A stretch of DNA of 61,546 nt, filler included, from Nemertoderma westbladi (taxonomy: Eukaryota; Animalia; Xenacoelomorpha): the NCBI GenBank assembly GCA_032718475.1. It is 3 parts of 3 records of this genome, joined end to end, with 100 filler letters (N's around TTAATTAATTAA, not from the genome) between each part and the next. Parts side by side here need not be neighbours in the genome. Positions count along the whole stretch, not along the records: positions 31,424 to 52,173 come from JAUCBJ010008901.1; positions 52,274 to 61,546 come from JAUCBJ010004322.1; 1 more part is not named here. One strand, 5' to 3'. The notes beneath the pieces are model-generated. The model was not told the origin of the DNA. It did not search any database and saw only the letters and a list, made by a program, of their open reading frames with translations. Both the position numbers and the translations under genes were made by a program. Position 1 is the stretch's first letter. Every line of letters starts with the position of its first letter. This document shows positions 49,101 through 61,546 of the stretch, in pieces.

Positions 49101-50086
49101 CCTTTTAGCTCCGACCTGGAAAGTGTAGATGAGTTGATTGTATTGCAACACATACGATCTTGGGAAGCTAGCACAGACCTTCACTGCGATTCGCGCCACC
49201 GTTACTATCCCGGACGTGCTTATGGGGGAGTGTACGCATTTCACCCCTACCTATTTCCCCAAATAGAACAGAAAACTCGTATTCCCAGTTATGAACTACT
49301 CAAATGTGTTGGAGAGTCCATTTCCACCAAATATGGGAGAAAATATTTAAAGAATATCAACCCAAACAACCTGGACTCATATAATCTACTTGGTTGTATC
49401 GGCTGAGACCTGGAATACGGTGAGACATTTATCAATACACATCCCGAGTTGCAAGAGGTCCACCGATGCCACTATGAGTATAAGGAGAGGGAACGTGAAC
49501 TAGTAAGATCTGTAAAACGCCGTAAATTCCTCACGACCCATGGCCTACCAATGGCAGTCATACAGATGACTAAGGAAGGACCAGTCCAAGCTGCTGTCTT
49601 GAAATGAGCGCTAAAGATCATACGACCTCGACCCTTCGATCCTCTGGTAGACATGTCGATACCAAAACACCTTCCCGGGAGAGAAGCGCATCCTCCATGG
49701 ATATCGACCAACCAAGTACCTCGACCGGTGGATACACCGACCGCAACCCCAATCCTGTTGATGCAATTATATTGCACCCTTCCCCAAGGAGTTATAGCCC
49801 TCCGAGTAAAATGGCTCGTAGCATCAGGAAGAAGACAACCACTGCCCAAAGGTTCAAGAAACTCCGTAAACGTCATTCTAGAAAGAAAGATTGACTGTTT
49901 AGAGTAGTTATTATATTAAGAAATTGTGACTCTATGTATATTTTATAGACTTAAGTCCCATTTTCTGGAAGCGGTGTTAAAACACAATGTGCTGGTTACT
50001 CTAAACAATTGGAAAACTCTTAAGAAGTTTGTATTTTATGAACTAGTGTGAACTTACTCCCTCCAGCGTTTATTCTAAGTATAACA
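46165..50086 (+). mobile_element. BEL/Pao element C, a different family: 5'-truncated, gag joined directly to integrase, extra 3' ORF, short LTR-like end
   Basis: gag KFNGDEMKWLPF..LNTRYG; CYNCL..GH knuckle ~47700; integrase PPFTNTGVDLF, RAIHLDMV, DKGTNYIGA, YLPTLQLRTKW; TGTTA...TAACA at 49975-50086 after purine-rich GGAAGCGG. Confidence 0.82.
48984..49894 (+). pseudogene. Extra 3' ORF of element C with two CCHC knuckles and a basic C-terminus
   Basis: CAYC..NKH..VC and CHYCQLKGHASWDC; stop at 49404-49406, frame continues to ~49607, and overlapping ORF 49604-49894 ends in a K/R-rich tail. Confidence 0.55.
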
Positions 50087-50689
50087 CTTTCCCATACATT
50101 CCCACAGAAACTCAGATGCTCAGATTACGAAATCACCAGTCATTGGATACTATTCCCTTTGTTTACGTTTTTCTTTGTTAGTCACCGTCCAATCAGTATA
50201 CTTTCCTCCTGCGTCATCCCAGAGCCTGAATTACTGGATCCATTGGTTATGGGTTGATGGCATGTAAACAGGTCCCTGATTGGGAGTTCTTGCATGTTCC
50301 ATACGTTCTACGGCGTTCAATATGATTCATGCTTTGTGGACTACTTGAGGCAAGAATATTCTTGCAGCCCTCAGTGTGAGTGTTTGAACACTTCCAGACT
50401 CTGTGCCCAGAAACACCAGCGGCTAGAAAGATACAGAACGCAAATCTATTAAAACGTTCATACTAACGTTTACATCTAAAACGTTTACGTACACATTTTG
50501 CACACAACTCACTGCAACACGTCCTGACTGTCTGATATTGCCGCAACACCGCATTTTTATACTGATTTATGCTGTTATAATCTGTTGTAATTCGTAACAT
50601 ATGGATTCATGTTAATAGTTGGAGAATACTTACGAATAACCGGTAGATCTTGGGTTTTCATGAGCATTGAGGTAAGCGGAGGGGTTTAC

Positions 50690-51200
50690 TATTCACAATT
50701 GCATAATTCAATTAACAGTGATTTGTATGAGTTTATGCTGTTTCATAGTCCCCAACGTGCGTTAGTTAAGTTCTCCCTATATGCAAGTAAAATTGGTGGC
50801 TATTGGCAAATTTGCGTGTTTCAGTACTATTGGCCGTCCGTGTGAGAGTGTGAACGTTCAATAAATACATCCCTAAAGGATGTAAACATTTGCGTTATCT
50901 TATGCCCACCCGTTGTAGTTAGTATAAGTCATATCTCTGCGTAGTATTTAGAGCGCAGCACCTGAAAAGGAACTGTCAGTATTTAATGGAAAATAAACAT
51001 AGCTGTTAGAGATTATAGATCAATTGAACAATACAAAGTGTCCTACGGCTCTTTTTGCCATCGAATCCAGTCTCCCACCTCTGGTGGGTCATACGCCGCG
51101 CTAGACTGGCTTCGGCTGTGTTCATCTGTCTTGGGCTGTCAGTTATTAATAGACATATAAATTAACAGGTTAAACTGTTAAAGGTCTAAAAGCACGAACA
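50690..51200 (+). repeat. Dispersed repeat, copy 2
   Basis: Homologous to 23270-23770. Confidence 0.8.
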
Positions 51201-52173
51201 ATCCTACTGTACTTGGGCGTCTTTAACCACACGCTACAATGAATGGACAGTGTATACTTAAGAAAGACAGGTATTTATATATATTATTGGTGTTTTGGGT
51301 GAATGAGTTGCGTGACCAAAACATCGCCACACATTATTGTTACTTACTGTTACTGACTCAGCCGCCCTGCGTCAGTAAGTCCAAATTCTGGATAAAAGTA
51401 AAAGAAATTATCAAATATTGTTCATCTTGCTCGCTTACAGGAGTTTATTACGTTTCGTTTAGTTGTTGTTAGTTGTATTCGTTTATTGTTTTGGTTAGAA
51501 TAACTTGTAATTGTAACGTGTTCCTTTCACTTAATTTAGAATAAGAATTCGCCGAAATTGGATTTGCGTCAAGTTTCCTCAATCTGTTCTGGTGGTCGGA
51601 TGATAAGAGAAAACATGAAGACCATCATTCTATTCCTAACAATATATATTTTCGCAATACAGCTGAATGAGGATTTAGGCCAACGCTACATGGTTGATGA
51701 CGAACTGTGGAGGCGTGTTGCCGAGATTGAGGCAGAGTGGAAGTGTGGGCCGAGTGGTACCCAAATATTAACTAAATAAAATATTAATGTAAATGACACG
51801 GCTTGTAATCTGTAATATAATCATTTCAAACATAGATAAATATATATCAGCAAGTTATAGTTGGAAATGTAAATCCACCAAATATATAATAAATAGTAAT
51901 ATTATAGCAGCATTATTATGATAACTTATTTATTACAAGGTAGACCTAAGCTAATACAATTATACAGTACAATATCATCCTACAATTACAGTTAATATAA
52001 TAAATTTAAATAAACAACTATGTTATTCAGCTACGTAATTTATATAATATATCGTATTTGTGTGAGTGGAATAAGCAGTAATTACTGTAGTTGTGACAAA
52101 GTAATTACTTGTCTACCTATAACTACGTGTACAGATTCTAATAATAAGTAAACCACCAACATAAAACACCTCA

Positions 52174-52273
52174 NNNNNNNNNNNNNNNNNNNNNNNNNNN
52201 NNNNNNNNNNNNNNNNNTTAATTAATTAANNNNNNNNNNNNNNNNNNNNNNNNNNNNNNNNNNNNNNNNNNNN
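52174..52273. other. Assembly gap with artificial all-frame stop linker
   Basis: N44-TTAATTAATTAA-N44. Confidence 0.97.
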
Positions 52274-52759
52274 TATCCCAGAATGAAGGGGGTCCTAGTT
52301 ACAGGACCAGATTTGCCCTAGTAAGAGGGTCTATGCAGCTACAGGTGGCACCTCCTTTATGCTGCATGGAGGTGGCAAGTTTTCTTGATCAATGACCTAG
52401 AATACCTGACCTGACTGTATCAGATTTTTAATATCAGATGGGATCGAATGTCTGGAATAATATTAAAACCTTTCTAATGGGAGAAATAGTTTCTATTTTT
52501 GAATATGCTTCAACATTCAAAAAGACTGTCATAAAACAAAATTGAAAACTGGACAAAAATCTAAAATAACGGTAGGTATGAGTATTCATACATAAGCCAT
52601 ATAAGCCAGCAGAGGGCAGTGGGATAATTGAGCGAGTTCAGTCAGGCTAGGTCACAGGGCGATGCGATAAGGGGGAGGGTTTCAAGGTTTTTGATGGATG
52701 GGGATCATCACACACTCTGTGTTAATACAATGGGATTGAAGAATCGGGTGGGAGCGATG

Positions 52760-53405
52760 CATTGCAGTTGTGGCCAACTCTAGAGCTGGACTCAGAACCC
52801 CTGTAGATGGGAAGAGGCGATTTCAGAGGGTTGAACAGGCGGCTGCAGAAGCCAGGAAGGCAGAGGGTGAGAGCTGAACTGCTGAGAACCTATATCAAGA
52901 CCACAGACCCGAGCAGACCCAATGACTGAGTGGTAGGATTTTCTGTGTCATCAATTAAGTGTGGGCCATCTGTATCACCTTGATGTACTCCCTCATCAGA
53001 CAGTGGGACATGGTCACCATTAAGGAGGGGGGTTTCCTCCCAATAGGCAGCAAGGGTATATAGTTGTTTATCACGGGATGAACAGCATGGATGAGTCTCC
53101 AGCATATTGAGTCACGGTGGATTGAATTAAAAGCATTACTAAAATCGATTTTTAGCAAAATGGAAACTGGCTGATTATCTCAATTGACCAGAGGCCGTAC
53201 TGCCTCCGCACATAACTTGCACCCAATACCTAGTATGACACAGTCTGCTTCTCTTCCGCTAAGGTTCCGGAAAACTTGCCACACAATCAACAAAGGGTCA
53301 CCCCGACAGCTATGGGTCGGATTCCTGCGACACTCTTCTTGAATTGAATGCAAACAAATTTGCCCCCAAAAATATAGGTCTGATAGAATTCGGTACCTCA
53401 CCCTT
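52760..53405 (-). mobile_element. Decayed CRE-clade-like non-LTR retrotransposon RT fragment
   Basis: VPNSIRPIFLGANL, KKSVAGIRPIAVGVTL, LKIDFSNAFNSIHRD and EGVHQGD across frameshifts. Confidence 0.7.
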
Positions 53406-53730
53406 AAAATTTGCTTTGAGTATCAAACTGTATACATTACAAACAATTGTGGCGAGTCACCTACCTAGAAAAGGGTTTAACTGCTCAGCTGGTCGATTAT
53501 GAGTTATACATAAAAAAGTGAATAGAAAATTCATTTACCGTTCCAATAAAATTACCACTCAACATTTTAATTACATTAGCTATTAACAAATGGTTGGCAT
53601 AAAAATATGCACCAGGAATGAATAATATATCTTTTTTCGGAATTAGTGAACCCCACTTTAAACTTCTAAAACTTTAACTGTTTTTTTCTCGAATTGTGAG
53701 TTTGACCAGTTAACCCCTTTTCTATGTGAC

Positions 53731-54341
53731 TGTGACGGGATACAGTTGAGTTGGCAGTTTGAACCCCAACCGGTGTGTTATTTGGGCTATACGCGTCGCC
53801 GCGTCCATAGGCTGCTAAAAGGCTGTAGTCTGAATGTTAAGGCCAAAGGCCGGGCGGAATAACTGAGTTTTAGTGTATGATATTAATAATGTCAGATCGT
53901 AATAATAGCACAATCAGAATAGAATAGCACGGTAGTGACGACGGTTAAAAACCGTTTTGGTCTCACAACTCTACAGATACCAACTGAATCATAATCAACA
54001 AGTACAATGGTTATATTGCTAACACATATTAGTTACTCCTACTATACTGAGTGGCCTTACCAATAGATGCGTTCCAATCACCTGTTTTCCCCTCCCATCA
54101 TTGGCTAACCTAATTAATCTCCATCTCGCCACTCCCTGTTGCCACTGTCCCCAATTGCTAGCCCCTTTGTCCCCTGAGATGGCTTATGGCCTCTCAACTC
54201 TATACATGGCTGGCAGTATGTGTTGCCTGAGTGGTTATTAGGTGACATTATATTGGTAATGTCACCTTCCCAACTATAATTGGTAAAATGCCACTTCGCC
54301 CATCTTCCGCTGGGTAGTGCAGGGAATTGAATCCGCTTACA
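53731..54341 (-). mobile_element. Solo LTR (611 bp) of the A/B BEL lineage with a 5-bp TSD
   Basis: TGT...ACA termini; GTGAC at 53726-53730 and 54342-54346; homologous to LTR A. Confidence 0.93.
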
Positions 54342-55332
54342 GTGACAGTTAAGGCTGTTGACGTTAAACATGCAGGTTAACTCGAGATGATCGCAGCTTA
54401 ATCGCTCAGTTGATTGGAATTTTCCCACTAGCAAATTCCCATTTTCTGGATAAGGCTCTGTCTGACAAAACCTTTTGTGCCGGTCTACTTAAATTGAGAT
54501 CGAATTATACTTTGTATGCATCTGTCCTGCACTGTTGCGAAAAGCCAATAAGTGTTCCATAACTCCTATAGCATCTATGTTCCTTCAGTTATTGTTATTG
54601 TCCTGCAAATAACTACAGATCATTGTGCAAATGTGACGTGAAGAATATGTAAGGTCATAGTCAAATTACGTCACTATGTAAGGTATTGTGTGTATGGGTG
54701 GATAGGTGAATGAATAATACCCAATTAAAAAATTAGAAAATTAAAAAAAGTTAAATCCAATGAGTTCAGGTTAGCTTGTGTTCGAACACTTGAAAAGGTT
54801 TCTGGCAGATTGCAGACCTAGATGAAAGTAGGGTCTCTCTCTACAAATGTGTCAGTTCAGAATCATAGATAATTAAAACACAGAATATAATTATAATGAT
54901 ATTTGTTGATATAATATTTAAAATTATATCAATATTAGTTCAATATATATATTAGTTAAAATTAGTTAAATAAATTTGACACAATTATTAGTTAGCAGTT
55001 ATTTATTTGGATTGTGGATAATGTAAAGACATACAATTTTCGCAATTATACGTATAGAACCATCTCTATCATTACTTTTATTTCCCTAGAATATTTAATT
55101 AAAATCATGCCGAAGAATTGCTTACCTTAAGTTTAATCAAATGAATCATGTCAAAAACCCGGGAATGTTTTATGTTATCTTATGCCGATATACTAAAATG
55201 TAATTACAAATCAGTAATCAGTAATGTTAATTCTGTGTTATGTTTATGTGTATGTGTGTGTTTGCGAATGGAGAAAAGATAATTTAAAATTATATAAATT
55301 TGTGGATGACTTGCTGGCTGATCCATACTGTT

Positions 55333-55540
55333 AGTGCATTTGATCAAAAACGTAATTTCACTAAAATTTGTCCCCAATTTGTAACTGAATCTCAACTTAT
55401 CATGGAAAAGAAATAAGCAAAGTGCGCTAGTTTACCAGTGCATTTGATCAAAAACGTAATTTCACTAAAATTTGTCCCCAATTTGTAACTGAATCTCAAC
55501 TTGTCATGGAAAAGAAATAAGCAAAGTGCGCTAGTTTACC
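55333..55540. repeat. Tandem duplication, 2 x 104 bp
   Basis: AGTGCATTTGATCAAAAACG at 55333 and 55437. Confidence 0.93.
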
Positions 55541-55646
55541 TCCGGAGCTGAAGGGCTGGACAAGTATCTTTTTGAAGGAACCCGTCGTATTCCTGATTCA
55601 CTTGTATGTTTACTTATATCCTGATGACAATAAATTGATAATTTAA

Positions 55647-56746
55647 GGGGGAAAATATTAGTCGAATTTTTGACATATATGCTATCTGATGCAGAATTTC
55701 ATGCTGAATCCAAATATGGAAACCGTTTTACCATATCTTGCTTAGTTTTCGAGATATCTGGGATAGAATATACTGGCTCTGAAATATCGCGATATCGGTA
55801 ATTGCGATGAAGTTTGGGGTTTGCATTCGATTTCTACAAATTTATGTGCTTAGTCGTATCAATTGGATATCTCCACGAGAAAGAGCACAAAATTTTAATT
55901 AAGAAGGTAATTTTTTATGATTATTGGACCTACTTGTCAGTTTATAAGACAACTTCAAGTCTCCAGAACAAAGATGGGACTCGATTAAGCAACTCTGTGG
56001 TCTACAGTATGTGGAATTATACGGAATAGACTTGTCGGTCATCAGAGATCTTCAAAATGTATAATCTCCAGTTCTAGTGGTCGTACGAAGTCGTTATAGG
56101 CTCATTCGAAAGCTCTTTTCTCAAGGACCAAAGTTACCATTTGGTTTGGCAAACTCTTGAAAGCTGCCTGAGCAATCGTAACTTAAACAAAATTTGCAAG
56201 GCATATTTTACTCAAATTAATGTTATGTTGCATCACAACCATTTTATCTTAAATTAAATGTTAATCTTGTTCTCTGAGAAAAGAGCTTTCGAATGAGCCT
56301 AAAACGAACATCGTACGACCACTAGAACTGGATATTATGCATGTAATCCCACATAGTCCACAGAGTCGCTTAATCGAGTCCCATCTTTGTTCCAGAGACT
56401 TGAAGTTGTCTTATAAACTGATCAGTAGGTCCAATAATCATAAAAAAATACCTTATCAATTAAAATTTTGTGCTCTTTCTCGTGGAGACATCCAATTGAC
56501 ACGACTAAGCACAGAAATTTGTTTAAATTGAATGCAAACCCAAACCTCATCGTATTTACCGATAATCGCAATATGTCGGAGCCAGTATCTTCTATCCCAG
56601 ATATTTCGAAAACTAAGCTAGATATGGGAAAACGGTTTCCATATTTGGATTCAGCATGAAATTCTACATCAGATAGGATATGTTTCAAAAATTCGACTTT
56701 TTGGTCAGAAAAATGCGCTACCCCCCCCCCCCCCCCCCCCCTCCCC
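55647..56746. mobile_element. Foldback/MITE-like element with ~450-bp inverted arms
   Basis: 55660-56125 is reverse-complementary to 56275-56698; GGGG...CCCC termini flanked by TTAA and TTAG. Confidence 0.8.
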
Positions 56747-59201
56747 TTAGTATAACTTAGTTCAAATCAGTTCCGCTAAGAGTGTGGCGGAACAGTTAAT
56801 TAGGAAAAAGACTGACTAATTAATTAAGGCGCAGATCTCAAGTCTGGGATGGGTCGGGTCTCTTTGTACTATACTGAATTCAAGTACATCATCATGATAC
56901 TGTTAATGATAAATGATCTGTTTGAAATATAGGTCGCAAATATCGCCATATTGTAATTATTTAATGGTTTAGGGTAGAACGCAAACATTCGAAAGGCTGA
57001 TACGATTGCTTAGTTTCTCATTAACACAAAATTACAGAGAAAACCTAGCTTTAGTAGTTTCAGGAAAGTGGTTGCGTTTATCTTATAAGGCGGCATATTC
57101 TTCCAAATATAAACAAAAACATCAACACAGTACCTAACAATAATGATTATTGAATATTTTATTTTGCATAGAGTAATTAAATACAATTAAATAATTAATA
57201 ATAAATTAATTACTTGAATCCGGTATAATATCCCAGTGCATACGATTGAATCGGGAATTTCACCGTTACACCATGGACTAGATAGGAAATGCGTCCTTAT
57301 AAGGATAAAAGGAGGCTATAATATTCCGGCTCTGTCATTTAGGCGTAACCAAATCAACAGCGGGATGATTTGAACAAACCCCATTCAATAGGCATGCACG
57401 ACACCTAGTGTTGTAATTGAGAATTTATAAGTTTAAGTAAAGTGAATATTGTGAATTTCTGACCAAATAGGACAAGAAGCAGATTTAGCCGGATGAGAAT
57501 ATCTTAGGCCAGAAAACATAAGAATAATTAAATTAAGATGCACAAATTTATGCGTGCATTAACACCTGTACCTAGTGGACTCAATCGTTTCAGAGCTCAG
57601 AAATAAATTCAGCCAACCCGAAAACATACCTAAATCTGTGGTTGTATTGTTTCAAAAAATTTAACTAATTAATTGTAAATTTCATGCTGCACTGTATCCC
57701 GGTAGGAGTCCCTACCAAAGTTTAAACATCGAACTCACCATGCCGGAATACCTAGTATTTGAGATTGTTATCTAACAATACTGATATTTTATCGGTTCAA
57801 AAAATGTGACTACTTGTTTTTTTTTCGTTTCCTAGTGCACCCACTGGAAAAGTCAGATGAAATCATAAGTGGCACCAATGAACTCAACGAATACGAAAAC
57901 CTCTATCCTGAATCTTTTTGGAAAAATACATACATTTTTATTGAATTTCGAGGGGGGAGGGGGGGGGGGGGGGGGATGAAAATGACCCCCAACCCTCACT
58001 GTAGTTTCTGATAAGTAAATTTCCCAATATGGATAGGATAGAGTTAAAGAAAGGCACATAATAGTTTACTTACGAAATCACCAATCACCACACCATGCAT
58101 GATATATAACTAATAAATATTTAATTAACGCAGGCCCCCACTGTATATAATGATAAACTTTATAATAATTAATAGAAAAATATTTTACACTGTACAATGA
58201 CAGATACGGTTTAATATCCGCCATGTGTTGTACAGCTAATTAATTAACCCAACAGGAAGCTTTGAAATCTTACAATCTTCCCTATGTAAATATAGACGTG
58301 ACTATGGCTCTGTTAACTATTTCACAATATCCATATACTAATCCTGAGGCATTAAAAAACATAAGAAAGTGTCGGTTGAGATGAAAATCTAATTTTAATA
58401 ATTAAGTCCAATCAGAATAAGCAAACATAATTTATATTTGGTTTTTACACTTTTACAGGCTCTAATTACATATATCCGTGACAATGTATATCCAAAATCA
58501 TTATGACGTATTGCCATAAAGTAGGTTATACTGAAATAATTATTTTTATGCTGGTGTTACTGGAATATCTAATTACATCATTGTGTGAAAAGTAGCATTT
58601 TCCAGTGTTTGGTCCCGGGTCTATATACATATGTACAGGGAAATGCCAGCGTCGTTAACCAAAATTAATGGTCTATAACAGCTGAATAGTGGTGATTTAA
58701 TACAAAGATTATACGAAATTTTGTTACTTTTTGTCAACAGATCGTTGTCCTGAACGTTTAATAAATAATTATAATTTAATATAACTATATTATAATATAA
58801 CAATTATAATTAATGAATTTATAATTGAAATTCTAATTAATCTTAAAAATTAAATCTCTTAAATAAGGAATTGGAATGAAATGAAATACTAACTGTTATA
58901 AATCTAATTAATTTGATCAAAATTCCTTAGTTAGGAATATGGGGAGGCCCCATAGCCCATAAGGAATTCCGCAGCTTATTGACTTCTAGAATATCAATTT
59001 ATACGAGGACTGGAAACAGGTAGTTATAGGCAAAAAAAAATACCAGTTGAGGCCACTTGAGGGGCGAAGCACCTTAGCATTGTGGAACCATTAGTGAACT
59101 GGCCGTCTATCGAAAATGTTTGAACGCTAATAAGTCGGTAAAATTTTCATGAAATGGAACCAAACTTGGTAGACATGTAGTCTATAAAAGGTTTAGAAAC
59201 C

Positions 59202-60745
59202 GTGAACCCGACGTAGCATTCTTGTGAATGTGCCATCCAGAGATTTGGTGTCCTCAGCTGTTAGAGCCCAGCATGGACTCCCATATAGGAGTACTGGAAC
59301 TACTGCTGCTCTATATAATCGGACCTTAAGTTTCCGATTAATTCTATGTGACTTCCAAATTCTGTAAAGCCCATTCAAGGCTGCCCATGCCTTTCCCTTA
59401 CGTATTCGAAGGTTCTCACCTGACTTCCGGATCCATGATCCCAGGTAACAGAAGTCATCCACATGCTCAAACATACAATCTTTTGAGCTTATGCTCATCC
59501 GATCAGAGACTTGCTGAGGACTTTCAAAGTTAACTGTCAGAATTTTGGTCTTTCTGGAGTTAATAAAAGGACCAACACTAGAAGCAGCTTGTTCTAATGA
59601 GCTGAGGAGCCGTTGGGCTCCCTCTAGTGATTCTGAGAGTATTCCTAAGTCATCAGCAAAGTCTAGATCAGTTAGGTAGTTTGGCAGGATTTCCTCGACG
59701 TCTGGAGCCAGTAGGGGGTGTTATCATCACCCCATCATTATTATGATGATCTAAGGACATGTGTAGTGCATTTCTACCACAATTATGAATAATGAATAAG
59801 AAAGGAGCAAGTGTGTCACCCTGGAGGACTTTCCATAACACTTTGAATGGATTTGTGCCACTATCAGTACAGTAGACAAATGTCGTCCTTCCATTGTATA
59901 CTGATCTGATTGCTGAAATAATTTCATTAGGCATCACATACAATGAAAGTATGCTGAACAGACGTGAACGAGAGACTATATAAAATTGGAGGTGTCTCAT
60001 TGGTTCCCCCAAACTTGACACTAGAACAAAGCCGCCTCCGCTTTGCAGGACATTGCTTTCGCCGTGAGGCCCAGCCAGTGCATAATCTTGTACTTTGGCA
60101 GCCTCATGGAGTGAAAAGGCATGGTGGACAGCCCATGACTTTCTTGAGACGCATTTTAAAGGACACTGGCCTCGAAGATGCGAATGATCTAGCAAATGTC
60201 ATGGGTGATAGGGAGTTGTGGCGGTGCAATTTCGTCGACAAGCCGGCACAGCATTCTTGAAAATGCAGCTGCAGTGCAGCATGCCGATCTTAGTAGTAGT
60301 TGTAGTTGAGCGAGAGACTGAATTGAAGGCCTTGAAGAAGTCAACAAAGATAACTTCCAGATGCCTGTCTATCTTTTATGATAACTCTTCAATTATCCTT
60401 CTAACTGCCAAAATTGGCTCCATGGTCCCACGGCCTTTACGGAACCCATTCTGATTTCCACGGAGCAGTCTCTCAATGGGATCCCTGGTAGATTTAATAG
60501 AATTATATTGTATAGCTTTGCAGCAAACGAGATCAATGAGATTCTCCGAAAAGAACCATAGAGTGTTAGGTTGCCCTTCTTGGGAACTGGCACCAACTTA
60601 TTTGTTTTCATTTCTTGTGGGACTCTTGTTGTTCGGTACATGTCTACTATGATGGGATAGATGAGCTTTAAACACTCAGGTATTTTAAAGACCTCAGGGG
60701 CAAAACCATCTACACCACTGGCACGATTGGTCTTAATGCTCTTAA
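59202..60745 (-). mobile_element. RTE-a RT-domain fragment, lacking both ends
   Basis: ASGVDG, PVPKKG, RRISL, QNGFRKGR, FVDFFKAFNS, VLQGDTLAP, DFADD, YLGSW. Confidence 0.88.
59978..60306 (+). mobile_element. RTE-a 3' end inserted antisense into an RTE-a copy
   Basis: RLRFAGHCFRR..KPAQHS* and a (TAG)n tail; flanks TGAACGAGAGACT (59965-59977) and TGAGCGAGAGACT (60307-60319). Confidence 0.85.
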
Positions 60746-61546
60746 AAGAAAAGTTAGATAAAGCCGCTAATGTAACCTTCTCATTTCCCTCAATTAATCA
60801 ACGTCGTTTATTGTTTTGATTAGAATAATCCTTATTTGTAACCTGCTCCATTCCCTTATTATTTTTTGTCCTTTGAGGCGTATTTTCGACCCATTTTTCA
60901 ACCATTTGACCTGAAATCAGTCAGCAATATAGGACAGGGCAGGGCGCCTTTTAGCCGCAGCAACCAGTCACATAGCGTAGTACTTACCATTGAGTGTATA
61001 ACACTATTATGTTTAAACGCTAGCTTTGATGAGTACCACGGTCCCATAGGGGTAATGCAAAAATGTTCTCTCTTGAAGACGATTTCTACACACAATCCCA
61101 TCCTGCCACATGGTCGCCTCGCAGCCAAGTTAAACAAGGTATGCGTGTGCATGGGGAGGGGGGGGGGGGGGGGGGGGGTAACTGAGATAAAAGGAGGAGG
61201 GCAGGATAGGTTTGAAAAACGTAAAAATCCCGAAAAATGAATAAAATAGAAAACCCGCCCAACCAACTTCTTACAATATTGTTCATAATTATTTCTCAAT
61301 AATGACGATTAGATTATAATATGACTTAAAATGGGAGCAAAATATTAGTAAAGATAATATTTTCTCCAGAGCAGGAATTATTTTTCCTCTCAACTACTGT
61401 ACTGTGTGTACTGAAGCAATCAGTATAGGGTTATTGTTTGGATATACACCAAATGAAAAAAAAAAACGTAATACATTTTTTTAAAATCCAGCGACCCTTT
61501 ATTAAAACTTCGCTGCCCTCGGTAAATAAAATGGCTCGTGAATAGT

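Noticed and set aside
50090-50430. Possible FLYWCH/MULE-like fragment (WKC..C..NH) on the minus strand
   Set aside because: Too short and too interrupted to support.
51558-51779. Short ORF with a signal-peptide-like stretch (MKTIILFLTIYIFAIQL)
   Set aside because: It is short, has no recognisable domain or supported splice partner, and lies near a gap.

Overview
AT-rich eukaryotic DNA, most likely from an invertebrate animal (inference from a spliced gene and the transposon classes present), made up mostly of nested, decayed transposable elements. One host gene is recognisable: a LysM + transmembrane (LYSMD3/4-like) gene with two coding exons at 26186-28759. The window holds three BEL/Pao LTR retrotransposons (A 4299-~23265 +, B ~37388-44929 -, C ~46165-50086 +) and a related solo LTR with a 5-bp TSD. 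It also holds a near-intact full-length CR1/L2-group LINE, an RTEX-like LINE, several RTE fragments, a CRE-like relic, hAT-like, Helentron-like and foldback non-autonomous DNA elements, tandem repeats, and two artificial scaffold linkers. The strongest unexplained signal is at the LTR ends of BEL elements A and B. Neither has a TGG-starting tRNA primer-binding site. Instead the 10 nt right after each 5' LTR are exactly complementary to a tract about 230 nt inside that element's own LTR, and the two sites change together between A and B. This suggests tRNA-independent self-priming, which I know from Tf1-type gypsy elements but not from BEL/Pao. Element A also carries an extra 3' ORF resembling a DEDDy 3'-5' exonuclease. 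The CR1/L2 LINE has a ~360-codon hydrophobic leader joined to its endonuclease-RT by a 2A-like ribosome-skipping motif. All family assignments come from motifs recognised by eye; no database searches were run.
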